This document shows positions 18,788-29,365 of a stretch of 64,000 bases of DNA, one piece after another. The stretch lies in IMG/VR virus record IMGVR_UViG_3300046367_000054, one strand, 5' to 3'. Numbering within the stretch: position 1 is the stretch's first letter; each line of letters starts with the position of its first letter. The notes beneath the pieces are model-generated. The model ran no database searches, was not told the origin of the DNA, and was given only the letters and a program-made list of their open reading frames with translations. The DNA is from an uncultured virus (IMG/VR IMGVR_UViG_3300046367_000054). Lineage: Duplodnaviria; Heunggongvirae; Uroviricota; Caudoviricetes; Crassvirales. The position numbers and the translations under genes were made by a program.

Positions 18788-19465
18788 ATGGAGAAGCCAA
18801 ATTATTACGCAATAATACCCGCTGAAGTTAGGTATGATGAAAATCTGTCTCCTAACGCAAAATTATTGTTTGCAGAGATAACTTGTCTATGTAACAAGAA
18901 TGGTGTCTGTAACGCCTCAAATAATTACTTTTCAGACCTATATGGTGTAAGTACTGTATCTATATCTAAATGGGTTTCTCAATTAGTAAAACACGGGTAC
19001 GTTAACACTAGAATGATTTACAAAGATGGTTCTAAGGAGATAAAAAATAGGGAGATTGTTTTGCTTTTAGGTATTAAAGATAACTTAGATACCCCTATTA
19101 AAGAAAAGTTTAAAGATAATAATAATATTACTATAAATAGTAATACAGATGATATTGATTTTGACTCTTTATTGAAGTGGTTTAATCATATTACTGGGAA
19201 ACAAATTAGAACGGTAGCAGATAAGGCTAAGAAACAATTTAGAGCAAGGTTAAGAGATGGTTATACTAAATCAGATATAACTAAAGCTATAAAGAATTGC
19301 TTTGAAGATGAATTTCACCAAGCACATCCAAAGTATTTGACTCTAGAATTTATATCAAGACCTGATAAGTTTGAGAAGTATGTAAACTCTGGTAGTGCGG
19401 GTATTAGTAAAGAAGATTTAGCAGCAAGTAAAAGAAAAGAATTATTAAAATCAATGGGAATATAA
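18788..19465 (+). CDS. Replication initiator (N-terminal HTH plus conserved phage C-terminal domain)
   Basis: YYAIIPAEVRYDENLSPNAKLLFAEI HTH; RARLRDGY...KFEKYVN C-terminal domain; internal iteron-like repeats. Confidence 0.8.
   Translation: MEKPNYYAIIPAEVRYDENLSPNAKLLFAEITCLCNKNGVCNASNNYFSDLYGVSTVSISKWVSQLVKHGYVNTRMIYKDGSKEIKNREIVLLLGIKDNLDTPIKEKFKDNNNITINSNTDDIDFDSLLKWFNHITGKQIRTVADKAKKQFRARLRDGYTKSDITKAIKNCFEDEFHQAHPKYLTLEFISRPDKFEKYVNSGSAGISKEDLAASKRKELLKSMGI
19069..19128 (+). repeat. Iteron-like repeats inside the initiator gene (putative origin)
   Basis: TATTAAAGA at 19072 and TATTAAAGAAAAGTTTAAAGATAATAATAA at 19096, in the interdomain linker. Confidence 0.7.
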
Positions 19466-19715
19466 TATGCCAGTAAGAAAAGAAAGAGGTTTGAAAGAGA
19501 AGAAGAGTATTTTCGAACTAAACATTGAGTTAAAAGAAAAGGCTAAAGAATTAGCTAAGAATCACGTAGATACTAAACCTATAAAGTATATGTTAAAATG
19601 AAACAGAAAAAAAAGTGTACAGCATGTCAATGGTGGTATGCTGAAGAAAACGATACTCTTTGTAAGTCTTGTAGACCATTAATTGAACATTTTGCTAAAG
19701 AAATAAAAAAGAAAT

Positions 19716-19964
19716 ATGAAACCAATACACAAACTGAATGGAGGTAACGGTGCTACATTATGTAACATTTGCTACGGAATGATAAGTACTGGATGGATTG
19801 ATGATGTTATCTGTAATCATTGTAAAGGATATAAAGACTTAGGAAAGTTCACTAACGATGAGATAAAAGAAAAGACACTAGAAGATTTTGGGATCAAGAA
19901 GAAGAGTCTTGAAGATATGATTGATTCAGAGTCTCATCAAAACAGAGGTAACTTAAACAAATAA
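19716..19964 (+). CDS. Zn-finger protein
   Basis: GGNGATLCxxC...CxxC. Confidence 0.55.
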   Translation: MKPIHKLNGGNGATLCNICYGMISTGWIDDVICNHCKGYKDLGKFTNDEIKEKTLEDFGIKKKSLEDMIDSESHQNRGNLNK

Positions 19965-20057
19965 TACAAAATAGGTAAATAACGGTGATTATTGCCGTTA
20001 TTATATAATTGAGTAAACAAAGTGGGTATATAAGGTGGGTAGAAAAACAAATAATAT

Positions 20058-20615
20058 ATGATTTACATAAAAGATAATTTTTTAGATGACTACTTGATTG
20101 ACTTCTTAAACAAAGATGAATCAGAGTACGAGAAAGTAGATACGCCAGGAAAGTCATTTTGGGTTAAGTATCCTACTAATGATTTCATAAGAATGATATG
20201 TAATAAGATATCAGAAATAGAAGGTAACAATGTAACCAATGTACTCAGTTTCTTTAGGGAGGCTAAGGAAGGTCAGGATGATGACTGGAGAATACATAAC
20301 GATTCGATTATTAATGGAGAACAACCTGATAGAGCATTGGTTTTATTTGTATCAGACATAGAAGAGATAGGATTGAATGGTACTGCATTTTGGGAACATA
20401 AGGAACTTGGAGACACTTTCGATGGAGATGAAGATAAGTTTAATAAAATGATAGTTCACGATGCAGACTTCCCAAGTTATTGGACATTAAGAACCGTTAT
20501 TGGTCACAAAAAGAATAGAGTGGTATCTTATCCTTGTAATTACTTTCATAGTAAGTATCCTAATAAGTTTACTAATAGTAGAAAAGTATTTGTAATGTTT
20601 TATAAAATAAATTAA
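20058..20615 (+). CDS. 2OG-Fe(II) oxygenase-like protein
   Basis: HxD (IHND), GTAFW, distal FHS...R. Confidence 0.7.
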   Translation: MIYIKDNFLDDYLIDFLNKDESEYEKVDTPGKSFWVKYPTNDFIRMICNKISEIEGNNVTNVLSFFREAKEGQDDDWRIHNDSIINGEQPDRALVLFVSDIEEIGLNGTAFWEHKELGDTFDGDEDKFNKMIVHDADFPSYWTLRTVIGHKKNRVVSYPCNYFHSKYPNKFTNSRKVFVMFYKIN

Positions 20616-20770
20616 TATGAAAATAACAATTGAGTATTATGGAAAAACGATGTTTGTTGAGATACCAGATGGTAGCACTTCAACGGATGTATTAGACCAC
20701 ATGACTAACCTATTAGTAGTAGCGGGTTATCACCCAAATAGTATTAATGAATCATTAAAAGAATTATCAG

Positions 20771-21463
20771 ATGAACGAGAATAACGTAGAATTATTAGGG
20801 TATTATGGAGACGATAAAGTACACGCTCAGTCAGCTTGGACTTCAACATCAAGAGACTTGACTAACGATAAGTTAGATAGAATACCAAACCTATTGAATA
20901 TGTTGGCATCAGAGGGTCATCACACACCTTTTGAGAAAAGTCAATTACATTTCTTGGTTAATGTAGACCAAGTCACACATATACATTTACTTAAACATCG
21001 TATTGGTGTTAGTATAAATGGAGAGAGTGCTAGATATAAAGAACTCAAGGAAGACAAAATGTACTTACCTAAAGATTGGGAGTACATGAGGCTAAAAGAA
21101 GACTTATATCTAAACGATGGGGAAGAGGATATAAAGTGGAGTAAAGATTCTGAGACTTGGTATACGGTTATGAGAGATTTCTCTGTGATAGCTAATTCAT
21201 TATATCACGACTGTTTAGAAGACTTAACACCGATACTAGGTCGTAAGAGAGCTAAGGAGTCAGCAAGATTCTTTAAAACAATGAATAGCCAGATCACTAT
21301 GGATATATCATTTAACTTTAGAAGTTTTGCACACTTTCAAGGATTAAGAAACTCTGAACATGCACAGGTTGAGGTTAGAGAGTTAGCTGAGAAGATGCTA
21401 GAGTTAGTTAAGAACATAGATGGTAATCCATTTGAACACACATTAAAAGCATTTAAGTTATGA
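20771..21463 (+). CDS. thyX: FAD-dependent thymidylate synthase
   Basis: GHHTPFE, KHRIGVSINGESARY, LRNSEHAQVEVR. Confidence 0.92.
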   Translation: MNENNVELLGYYGDDKVHAQSAWTSTSRDLTNDKLDRIPNLLNMLASEGHHTPFEKSQLHFLVNVDQVTHIHLLKHRIGVSINGESARYKELKEDKMYLPKDWEYMRLKEDLYLNDGEEDIKWSKDSETWYTVMRDFSVIANSLYHDCLEDLTPILGRKRAKESARFFKTMNSQITMDISFNFRSFAHFQGLRNSEHAQVEVRELAEKMLELVKNIDGNPFEHTLKAFKL

Positions 21464-21684
21464 GATATAGAATAAAACAAGTCAGTAGCGATATTTTTAT
21501 ACCTCAATGTAGGGAGTATTTTTTCCTACAATGGGGTTCTATTGATAACATAAATAATTATGCATGGAATACAACTGAAAAATACTCTCATAATAAAACA
21601 TATGACGAAGCGTTCAAAGTAATTGAAAATTATAAAAAATATTTAAGAACAAAAAATAAATACCCTAAATATTATAAAGTGTAA
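21460..21684 (+). CDS. Hypothetical protein
   Basis: Overlapping-start ORF. Confidence 0.55.
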   Translation: MRYRIKQVSSDIFIPQCREYFFLQWGSIDNINNYAWNTTEKYSHNKTYDEAFKVIENYKKYLRTKNKYPKYYKV

Positions 21685-21687
21685 CAA

Positions 21688-23439
21688 ATGAGTAAATTAA
21701 CCATATTCGACAATCTTTTTAGATTAGACAACCCTAGATACGCAACAATAGATTATGTTCTTAATGGAATTAAAGAGGAGAGATGTAAGAAGATAGTCGA
21801 TGAGGTTCGTTCTGAGGTAGATAAGTCAAAGAGAGGCGAGATAAAGAAAAAACTTCCTTGTGTATTATTTTCTGGAGAATTCAGCAATAGAAGTGACGAT
21901 GCATTTGTTGAGCATAGTGGGTTTGTTTGTTTAGACTTCGATAACTTTGAAGATTCACAATCACTAAATAAATATAGAGACTACTTAATATCAAATGAGT
22001 ATACGTACGCTGTATTTATATCTCCATCTGGTGACGGTTTAAAGGTTATTGTAAAAATACCAAAAAGCATCGAGGATCATAGATTATATTTCTTAGGTCT
22101 TAAGGATTATTATAACTCAAAGTATTTCGATACAAGTTGTGTTAATGAGAGTAGAATTTGCTATATGAGTTCTGATAAAGATGTATTCGTAAATAAAGAT
22201 AGCGAGTTGTTTACAGACAAAGCAAAGCCTAAAGAAATAATAAAGAGAGACTTTAAGGTTGAGGTTCAAGACAATCAAAAAATCATATCTGGATTGATGA
22301 AGTGGTGGAGCGAAAGGTATGGAATGGTAGAGGGTGAGAGAAACAGAAATGCTTACATTTTAGCCATGGCATTTAATGAATTTGGTATCAGTGAGTTTGA
22401 AGCCAAGGGAATTATGATACAATTTGCTCATCATGGATTCGATGAGGAAGAGATAAAAGGATGTATAGAGAGTGCTTATAGAAAATCTCATTTATTCAAC
22501 ACTAAAAAATTTAGTGATGATGTTAAGTTTGATGACTATTCACCAGTATCTATTCAATCAGAGAAGAAAGTAAATATAAACTTTCAAAATATATACGATA
22601 GCTCATTCGTTGATGTACGTAAGAAGATTGAGTATCCACCAGTTGCTATTAGTATAGGAGAACATAGTTTAGGTACTAGAGTATTCCCCATACCTTTTGG
22701 AACATACGGAAACTTCTCTTGCATAGTTGGTGCGTCTAAATCTAAAAAGACTTTCTTAAAGTCTATGATCATGGCTTCTTATATAGGTGGTAAAACAAAT
22801 CAATACGCAGACTCAATTAAAAGCCACAGAGATAGAGATTGTTTTGTTATCGATATTGATACTGAGCAGTCAGCTTTCCACGCTCAAAACGTATTTAAAA
22901 GGGTTCTACGTATGACTGGCGATACAGAATGCGAATTCTACAAACCATTCGCATTGAGACCATACGAACCTAAGCAACGTCTTGAATTTATAGAGTGGTT
23001 GATTTATGAGAGTGATATGAAAGACAATATTGGATTGGTTGGTATTGATGGTCTTGCGGATTTAGTTGACGACTTCAATGATTTAAAAGAAAGTCAGAGT
23101 GCTATTCAAAAGATTATGAAGTGGACAGATGATAAGCAGTTTCACTTGACAACCATTCTTCACTCTAACTATGGTAGTGCTAAAGCAGTTGGTCATATTG
23201 GTAGTTCTGTTTTGAAGAAAGCAGAGACAGTTTGTTCTGTTGTTAATAACGACACGCATATTACCGCTCACTTTACACATACACGTGGATTCCCTATAGC
23301 TGACTTTGATTATTCAGTTAATGACGATGGATTACCATACATTATCGGAGAATACAATGACGATGTATCTCCTATTTATAAACCTAAAACAGAAATATTT
23401 ATCGATCCAAAAGATGCGTTCGATGATATACCATTTTAA
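21688..23439 (+). CDS. Primase-helicase (VirE-N/BT4734-like primase, PriCT, and AAA/RecA-like helicase)
   Basis: KKKLP, HSGFVCLDFD, FISPSGDGLK; GERN; Walker A GASKSKKT, IDTEQ, IDGLAD, GHIGS. Confidence 0.8.
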   Translation: MSKLTIFDNLFRLDNPRYATIDYVLNGIKEERCKKIVDEVRSEVDKSKRGEIKKKLPCVLFSGEFSNRSDDAFVEHSGFVCLDFDNFEDSQSLNKYRDYLISNEYTYAVFISPSGDGLKVIVKIPKSIEDHRLYFLGLKDYYNSKYFDTSCVNESRICYMSSDKDVFVNKDSELFTDKAKPKEIIKRDFKVEVQDNQKIISGLMKWWSERYGMVEGERNRNAYILAMAFNEFGISEFEAKGIMIQFAHHGFDEEEIKGCIESAYRKSHLFNTKKFSDDVKFDDYSPVSIQSEKKVNINFQNIYDSSFVDVRKKIEYPPVAISIGEHSLGTRVFPIPFGTYGNFSCIVGASKSKKTFLKSMIMASYIGGKTNQYADSIKSHRDRDCFVIDIDTEQSAFHAQNVFKRVLRMTGDTECEFYKPFALRPYEPKQRLEFIEWLIYESDMKDNIGLVGIDGLADLVDDFNDLKESQSAIQKIMKWTDDKQFHLTTILHSNYGSAKAVGHIGSSVLKKAETVCSVVNNDTHITAHFTHTRGFPIADFDYSVNDDGLPYIIGEYNDDVSPIYKPKTEIFIDPKDAFDDIPF

Positions 23440-23441
23440 TT

Positions 23442-23672
23442 ATGAAAACAATAAAAGAACAATACAGGAAAATAGTTTCTGGATGGAATGATGAACGCAC
23501 AGAGAATGTATCTAATAAATGTGTAGAGATAGCGGAAGATTTTGCAGTTGAGTTTGTGGAATGGTTTTATCATCACGGAATTAAGTATTGCAACCCAGAC
23601 CCAGATGAATATTTTAATATGAATGATATTTTACAACTATTTAAAAAAGAAATGAATCATGACAATAGATAA
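23442..23672 (+). CDS. Hypothetical protein
   Basis: ORF in the operon. Confidence 0.55.
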   Translation: MKTIKEQYRKIVSGWNDERTENVSNKCVEIAEDFAVEFVEWFYHHGIKYCNPDPDEYFNMNDILQLFKKEMNHDNR

Positions 23673-24042
23673 TATATACAAAGTATCTTTTCAAAACAGT
23701 TATGATAGATATTACGGTTTTCTTAGGAATGAAAAGAAATTTAATATTGGTGAATCTGTTTTTATAGCTTATGGAAATGATAATATATTCAGAGGTATAA
23801 TAAAAGGTGTAGAGCTTAACGATAGGTCAAATCCAGAGATGATATACAAAATAGAGATACCAAAAGGATTGGCTCATGATTTTATTGAAGATACTGATTT
23901 AACTACGTTAAGAATGAATTGTGATCACATATTTAATTCGTTAGAAGACGCTAAGGAATCTAGAATTAGACAAATAAATAAATTACATAAGCTAGAACTT
24001 GAAAGTGTAGATAGATTTTTTAATAAATTTAAACAAGAGTAA
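23659..24042 (+). CDS. Hypothetical protein
   Basis: ORF in the operon. Confidence 0.55.
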   Translation: MTIDNIYKVSFQNSYDRYYGFLRNEKKFNIGESVFIAYGNDNIFRGIIKGVELNDRSNPEMIYKIEIPKGLAHDFIEDTDLTTLRMNCDHIFNSLEDAKESRIRQINKLHKLELESVDRFFNKFKQE

Positions 24043-24043
24043 T

Positions 24044-24265
24044 ATGGCAAGAATAGACATTGATATAGAAGATTACTTAGACGAAGTTGGAACTTATAAT
24101 TTAATATCCGAATTAGAGGATAGAAGATTAGATAAAGAGAACACAGATAGACTTAAAGCTATAATACAAAAAGACGGTGTGATTGGTAAGTTAAACGAGT
24201 TAAGTTCATTATCATTAGCAGATTTAATGAAGCTTGAAGAATTTTTAGAAACATTAAAAAAGTAA
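24044..24265 (+). CDS. Hypothetical protein
   Basis: ORF in the operon. Confidence 0.55.
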   Translation: MARIDIDIEDYLDEVGTYNLISELEDRRLDKENTDRLKAIIQKDGVIGKLNELSSLSLADLMKLEEFLETLKK

Positions 24266-24267
24266 TT

Positions 24268-24492
24268 ATGGAAAAATTAAAAATAACACTTGAAGATTGG
24301 GACTATACTTGCGGTGATGGTTGCTGTACTTCTTACGGTACTTATCTGTATTTAAATGGAGATAAATTAGAGCATCCTAACCCACAAGTACACGACAACA
24401 GTTATATAGGAATGGATGTTGAGAATTCATTAGAAGCTGTGCTAAAAAAGTTAGGTTATGAAGTTGAATTTGAACACAAACACGAAGATTAG
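24268..24492 (+). CDS. Conserved phage protein (YTCGDGCC motif)
   Basis: Cys-cluster motif. Confidence 0.6.
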   Translation: MEKLKITLEDWDYTCGDGCCTSYGTYLYLNGDKLEHPNPQVHDNSYIGMDVENSLEAVLKKLGYEVEFEHKHED

Positions 24493-24494
24493 TT

Positions 24495-24737
24495 ATGATA
24501 TTGATATTAATATATTTAGTAATTACTATAATTGCTATTTCGGTTTGTTATTTTGACGCTAAAAAATATCACCACACTATGAAGTTTTTTTTAGAAGAAT
24601 GTTTGTTAGTTACATTTCTTTTCCCAATAACACTTATCTTTTTAGTATCTAGATTAATGGAATTTTTTAAAATTAATCTTCCTGAATTTAAAATAAACAC
24701 TGATTTCATAACTAAATTTTTAAATAAAAAACTATGA
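24495..24737 (+). CDS. Small membrane protein
   Basis: Two hydrophobic segments. Confidence 0.5.
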   Translation: MILILIYLVITIIAISVCYFDAKKYHHTMKFFLEECLLVTFLFPITLIFLVSRLMEFFKINLPEFKINTDFITKFLNKKL

Positions 24738-25459
24738 TAAAAATATGGCACATAAGTGATACGCATGGGTTTCACAGTCTATTAGATATTCCAAATGGAA
24801 TAGATATAGTAATACATTCAGGAGATTGTAGTAACTCAAGAGATCCATTTAATAATGAGAGCGAGGTTAGAAAGTTTATTGATTGGTATAAAGATATACC
24901 TATTAAAAACAAAGTGTATGTAGCTGGTAATCACGATACAAGTATAGAGAGTAAACTTGTAACTAAAGAAGATTTTCAAAAGGCTGGTATTACATACCTA
25001 GAGAATGAGTATACAACAATACTAGGTCTTAAGATATTTGGATCTCCACACACTCCAAGGTTTGGTAACTGGGCATTCATGAGAGACAGAGTAAAGTTAG
25101 AAAGATTTTGGAGGAAAGCTATGAATGAAGATTGCGACATAGTTGTTACTCACGGACCACCTAAGGGAGCTCTTGATAAATCTTATAATAGAGATGGAAG
25201 AATGGAGCACTGCGGAGATAGATCTTTATTTAATAGAGTTCGAGAGATTGAGCCAGGACTTTGTTTGTTTGGTCACATACACAACACTGAAGACATTATC
25301 AATGCAGGTGTATTAAAGTTTTCAGTTGGAGAAACATTGTATAGCAATGGGTCTGTAGTTACAGATGGTAAGTTTGGTAAGCTAAGTAGTAATGGAAATG
25401 TAATAGAAAGAAGTGAGAACTTATGGCAAAAGTTAAAAAGATATATTCCCCTACTCTAA
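24734..25459 (+). CDS. Calcineurin-like metallophosphoesterase
   Basis: DTH, HSGD, GNHD, THGPP, GHIH. Confidence 0.88.
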   Translation: MIKIWHISDTHGFHSLLDIPNGIDIVIHSGDCSNSRDPFNNESEVRKFIDWYKDIPIKNKVYVAGNHDTSIESKLVTKEDFQKAGITYLENEYTTILGLKIFGSPHTPRFGNWAFMRDRVKLERFWRKAMNEDCDIVVTHGPPKGALDKSYNRDGRMEHCGDRSLFNRVREIEPGLCLFGHIHNTEDIINAGVLKFSVGETLYSNGSVVTDGKFGKLSSNGNVIERSENLWQKLKRYIPLL

Positions 25460-25704
25460 AACAATTAGAGTATGCTAGATATTCTGTAAGCACTGGATTA
25501 GCTGTATGCATACATCCAATACCAGACAGACCAACTATGTACTGGGTAGAAAAGCATCGTCTTGAAGATTATAAAAAACCAGTGTTCTTGAGAAAAGATA
25601 CAGACAAAAGAGATTTACCAGATAATAGACAAACATTCTCAGAGTTTGACGCTTGGGACAAGGTGTTTGAAATGTACAAAATAGTTTATGATAAAAATAA
25701 TTAA
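25423..25704 (+). CDS. Hypothetical protein
   Basis: 93-aa ORF. Confidence 0.55.
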   Translation: MAKVKKIYSPTLKQLEYARYSVSTGLAVCIHPIPDRPTMYWVEKHRLEDYKKPVFLRKDTDKRDLPDNRQTFSEFDAWDKVFEMYKIVYDKNN

Positions 25705-25766
25705 CAAATCATAGTGATTTTATAACTTTATTTTATAATTTTGAATCCATTAAATAATATATAACA

Positions 25767-25934
25767 ATGGATAACAAAAAACTAGGTTACATTAACTTCA
25801 CTATGAAGGAAATTAATGACGCATCAGATGACATATATGAATCTTACTTCGATAGTACAGAAGATTTTAAATCATCAATAACAAATTTAATAACAATTTT
25901 AAATTCAATAATTAATGACTTAGAAAATGAGTAA
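25767..25934 (+). CDS. Small acidic protein, 55 aa
   Basis: Translated by hand; follows a TAATTTTG box; overlaps the next start. Confidence 0.5.
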   Translation: MDNKKLGYINFTMKEINDASDDIYESYFDSTEDFKSSITNLITILNSIINDLENE

Positions 25935-27534
25935 AAAAGAAAAAAAAGAGAGAGAATTATTTTTAAAACTAAAGGACAGAGTAGAGTTCTTGTACAGCAA
26001 TAACGAAATATCCATAACAGAAGCGGTTAAAAACGCATGTAATGATTTAGATATTGAGTTTAATGACACAAGAAGAAGGACAATGTCTAGGTTTTTAAGC
26101 AATAAAGGCGTTACAAACAGTACATCAGACAACATAGAAGAGACTGATGTATTCAAAGAAGCTAAGACAAAGGTTATTGACAAAAGTAAGAAGAAGTATA
26201 TCTTCTCTTGGTGTCAATCAGAAACTGAAATTCATCAAGATTTCTTGACTAATATTGAGGAGTATGCTAAACACATAGATGCTTCGATACATATTATTGC
26301 GGGTAGGTATAAAAATCCAACGTCAATTCAATCTAATAAAAATACCCAAGCAAAAGAAAAGAATCTTAGTAACACATGGCATCCTAGAGTGATAAAATAC
26401 TTAGACGCTAACAGACATAAAATACATGACAATCTTTGTCTACTATCAGATGTTAAAATACAACCTACTGCATCAACGCCATTATCTGGATTAAATGGTA
26501 TGACTGGTATTGAAAGTTGTATAGTTGGTCATCCAAGGGTTCACCTAAAATCATTACCTATATTAGATGGTTATCCTCATAAGTTATTACTATCTACTGG
26601 TAGTGTTTCTGTTGAGAACTATACCGACACTAAGTCTGGTAAGAAAGGTGAGTTTCACCACACTCTAGGGTTTGTTATTGTGGAGATTGACGGAAGTTCA
26701 TTTCACATAAGACAAGTTCAATGCGATGAAGATGGATCGTTCTATGATTTAAAATACTTCGTATCAGGCGGTGAGGTAATGCTTCATAGCGGTGTCGAAT
26801 CAATTATATTCGGAGACTTACACTTAGGAGAAACAAATAACAGCATACTTAAAAAGTCATTTGACTTAGCTAAGTATCTTAAATGTGAGAACGTAATCCT
26901 TCATGATGTATTCAATGGTCATTCAATATCTCATCACGAAAGACATCAGCCATTTCAACTATTAAAAAGAGAAGATGATAAAACTAATTCTCTCAATAAA
27001 GAGTTACTTCAGATGTTGGATTTCTTTTTAAAGTACAAGGAATACAACTTTGTTATGGTTAGAAGTAATCACGATGAGTTCTTGGATAGATGGTTAAACG
27101 ATGTTGATTGGAGAAAGTCTTTCAATAAGAGAGAGTACTTATCTCTATCTCACATACTAATGAACGATACTACTGGTAAAGGTGTAATACCAGCTATTAT
27201 AGAGGAAACTAAATTAGAGAATGTATATTGCCTTGGTATTGATGAGAGTTACAGAATAAAAGATTGGGAGTGTGGAATGCATGGTCATCTAGGTACTAAC
27301 GGTAGTAGAGGTGGAGTTATTCAATTCAAAAACCTCAACACTAAAAATGTTACTGGTCATACACATACACCATGTAGAGAAGACGGTCATTGTTCTGTTG
27401 GTACTCTTACATATCTAAGAGTTGGATATAATAAAGGACCAAGTTCTTGGATGAACTCGAACTTCGTTATATATCCTAATGGTAAGGGACATCACGTACA
27501 TATAATTAATAATAAATTTACAACACTTAAGTAA
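25927..27534 (+). CDS. Large metallophosphoesterase-fold protein
   Basis: GDLH, HDVFNGHSISHH, SNHD, HGH, GHTH in the C-terminal half. Confidence 0.7.
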   Translation: MSKKEKKERELFLKLKDRVEFLYSNNEISITEAVKNACNDLDIEFNDTRRRTMSRFLSNKGVTNSTSDNIEETDVFKEAKTKVIDKSKKKYIFSWCQSETEIHQDFLTNIEEYAKHIDASIHIIAGRYKNPTSIQSNKNTQAKEKNLSNTWHPRVIKYLDANRHKIHDNLCLLSDVKIQPTASTPLSGLNGMTGIESCIVGHPRVHLKSLPILDGYPHKLLLSTGSVSVENYTDTKSGKKGEFHHTLGFVIVEIDGSSFHIRQVQCDEDGSFYDLKYFVSGGEVMLHSGVESIIFGDLHLGETNNSILKKSFDLAKYLKCENVILHDVFNGHSISHHERHQPFQLLKREDDKTNSLNKELLQMLDFFLKYKEYNFVMVRSNHDEFLDRWLNDVDWRKSFNKREYLSLSHILMNDTTGKGVIPAIIEETKLENVYCLGIDESYRIKDWECGMHGHLGTNGSRGGVIQFKNLNTKNVTGHTHTPCREDGHCSVGTLTYLRVGYNKGPSSWMNSNFVIYPNGKGHHVHIINNKFTTLK

Positions 27535-27684
27535 TGATAGACGCTATTAAAAACTTACAGGAGGAATTAGCTATTATAGATGCTAAATTAAAATACCTAT
27601 TAAAGATGGGTAGTAACGATGAGTCGTTAGTTGATGATAAGAGAGAGTTACAATTACAAATAGCAATTTTAAAAGGAGAGAAGT

Positions 27685-28275
27685 ATGCACACGTTAGAAA
27701 GTATAGCTAGTATTATAGAAGATAAGTTAGGTTTAGAATTAAAAAACCAGAATAGGGAAATGCACAATGTTAGAGCAAAATCTTTATTCTATTACTTCTG
27801 TAAGAAGTTCGTACCAAATGTAAGGTATCAAGATTTAGTTGACTATGTAGGAAAGAAAAACCACAGTGGTGCTGTTTATCTAGTCAAGAACTTTGAAGAT
27901 TCATTAAAGTACAACTCAGATCTTAGAAGAGATTACAATTTAGTAGCTCCTTACTTTGAAAGAAGCAGTGTATATAACTATGATCAGTTAGAGTTTATGG
28001 TGCTGAACTGGGCTGAAGATAAAGGTATTATGGATAAAGGCAATCCTACTGGTCAGGCTTTGAAAACTCTTGAAGAATGTAATGAACTTATCGATGCTAT
28101 AGACAAAGAAGATCAGAATGAAATTATAGATGCTCTTGGAGATATATTGGTAACTATAATTATTCAGGCTAAGATGCAAGGGGTACAGTTAACAGACTGT
28201 TTAAACTCAGCATACAATGTAATCTCTAAAAGAACTGGTAAGATGGTTGATGGTCAATTTGTTAAAGACAAATAA
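27685..28275 (+). CDS. DnaA domain IV-like HTH fused to a MazG-like pyrophosphohydrolase
   Basis: N-terminal VRAKSLFYYF...VGKKNHSGAVY; C-terminal KTLEECNEL...DALGDILV. Confidence 0.65.
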   Translation: MHTLESIASIIEDKLGLELKNQNREMHNVRAKSLFYYFCKKFVPNVRYQDLVDYVGKKNHSGAVYLVKNFEDSLKYNSDLRRDYNLVAPYFERSSVYNYDQLEFMVLNWAEDKGIMDKGNPTGQALKTLEECNELIDAIDKEDQNEIIDALGDILVTIIIQAKMQGVQLTDCLNSAYNVISKRTGKMVDGQFVKDK

Positions 28276-28276
28276 A

Positions 28277-28528
28277 ATGAAGTTACAAGAAAGTATAAAG
28301 GTAAAGTTAAGCGAGAAAGGATTCAGAAAGGAATACTACAATGTAAGTTTAGACGATGATTTCGTTGTTGACTTTACCTTATACGCTTGTATAGAAGACA
28401 AAAAAATAAACATTTCTGTTTATAAAATGCAGGTGTTTAATAAAGATGGTAGGTACATGGTTCTTACCGATAGAGAGTATGTAGATTTAATTAATGAGAT
28501 AGTAAATAAAGTAAATTACGATGATTAG
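28277..28528 (+). CDS. Hypothetical protein
   Basis: ORF in the operon. Confidence 0.55.
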   Translation: MKLQESIKVKLSEKGFRKEYYNVSLDDDFVVDFTLYACIEDKKINISVYKMQVFNKDGRYMVLTDREYVDLINEIVNKVNYDD

Positions 28529-28895
28529 AAACAAGGACACACGGAAAAACGATAAAATAGAAAATCTTATTATCAATGCAGATTTGTCTATCAAACCTGT
28601 AACACAGCTAGAAAACATAACAGTGTTAAGAGCTGAGATTTTTAAGTATGCTGACAACAAAAATTCTACAGACTTAGTAATAGGTATTGATACAGATCTT
28701 TATCTAGATATGATGATTGATATTCAAAAACAAGATAAGAAGTCTTTTCATTTTACCACTAGTGTACAGTATTCGTATAATGAGGTAATTGAAAAATTTA
28801 AGAACAATGATAACTTGTATTTTAGTGACGGTATGTTATGTTCGATTGATGAGGATTTTAATTTAGAAATAATTAGAGAGAAATATTATGAGTAA
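28521..28895 (+). CDS. Hypothetical protein
   Basis: ORF in the operon. Confidence 0.55.
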   Translation: MIRNKDTRKNDKIENLIINADLSIKPVTQLENITVLRAEIFKYADNKNSTDLVIGIDTDLYLDMMIDIQKQDKKSFHFTTSVQYSYNEVIEKFKNNDNLYFSDGMLCSIDEDFNLEIIREKYYE

Positions 28896-29223
28896 TTTAA
28901 AGAATGGAATTGAGCTTTTAGTCACTCTTCAATTAGCTTTAGAGTTAATGGATGAGTACAAATTAAAAGGTAGAGCAAAGAATACTGCTAACATGTTTAA
29001 AGATGCGTTAGAGAGCGATATAATGCAAAACTACCATAGGGTTTATAAAGAAGATCCTGAGATGTTAACTAACTCTCTTAACTTTAAAAACCAAATGATT
29101 GAAGATATAGCATCTCTTAGTGAGGCTGATTCTATTTTACTATCAGACTTTATACATAAGTTTATAGAGAACATAGAAGAAGTTAGAGAAAAAAAGATAT
29201 TAATCTTTGATAAATTGATTTAA
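28888..29223 (+). CDS. Hypothetical protein
   Basis: ORF in the operon. Confidence 0.55.
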   Translation: MSNLKNGIELLVTLQLALELMDEYKLKGRAKNTANMFKDALESDIMQNYHRVYKEDPEMLTNSLNFKNQMIEDIASLSEADSILLSDFIHKFIENIEEVREKKILIFDKLI

Positions 29224-29228
29224 TATTT

Positions 29229-29236
29229 TACATTTG
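29229..29236 (+). promoter_or_regulatory. Bacteroidota -7 box ahead of the RNA cassette
   Basis: TACATTTG, with TTTG about 20 nt upstream. Confidence 0.6.
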
Positions 29237-29365
29237 TAATGATAAGCACTACGGAGTTTTTTAAAGGTAAAACACAACTCTGCGAATTCAAAAACCTAGA
29301 CCTTTTCGTCTAAAGTGCGTTTTAGGACAGTGCTGCCTAAATGACTACTAGGAAAGACTAGTAAT

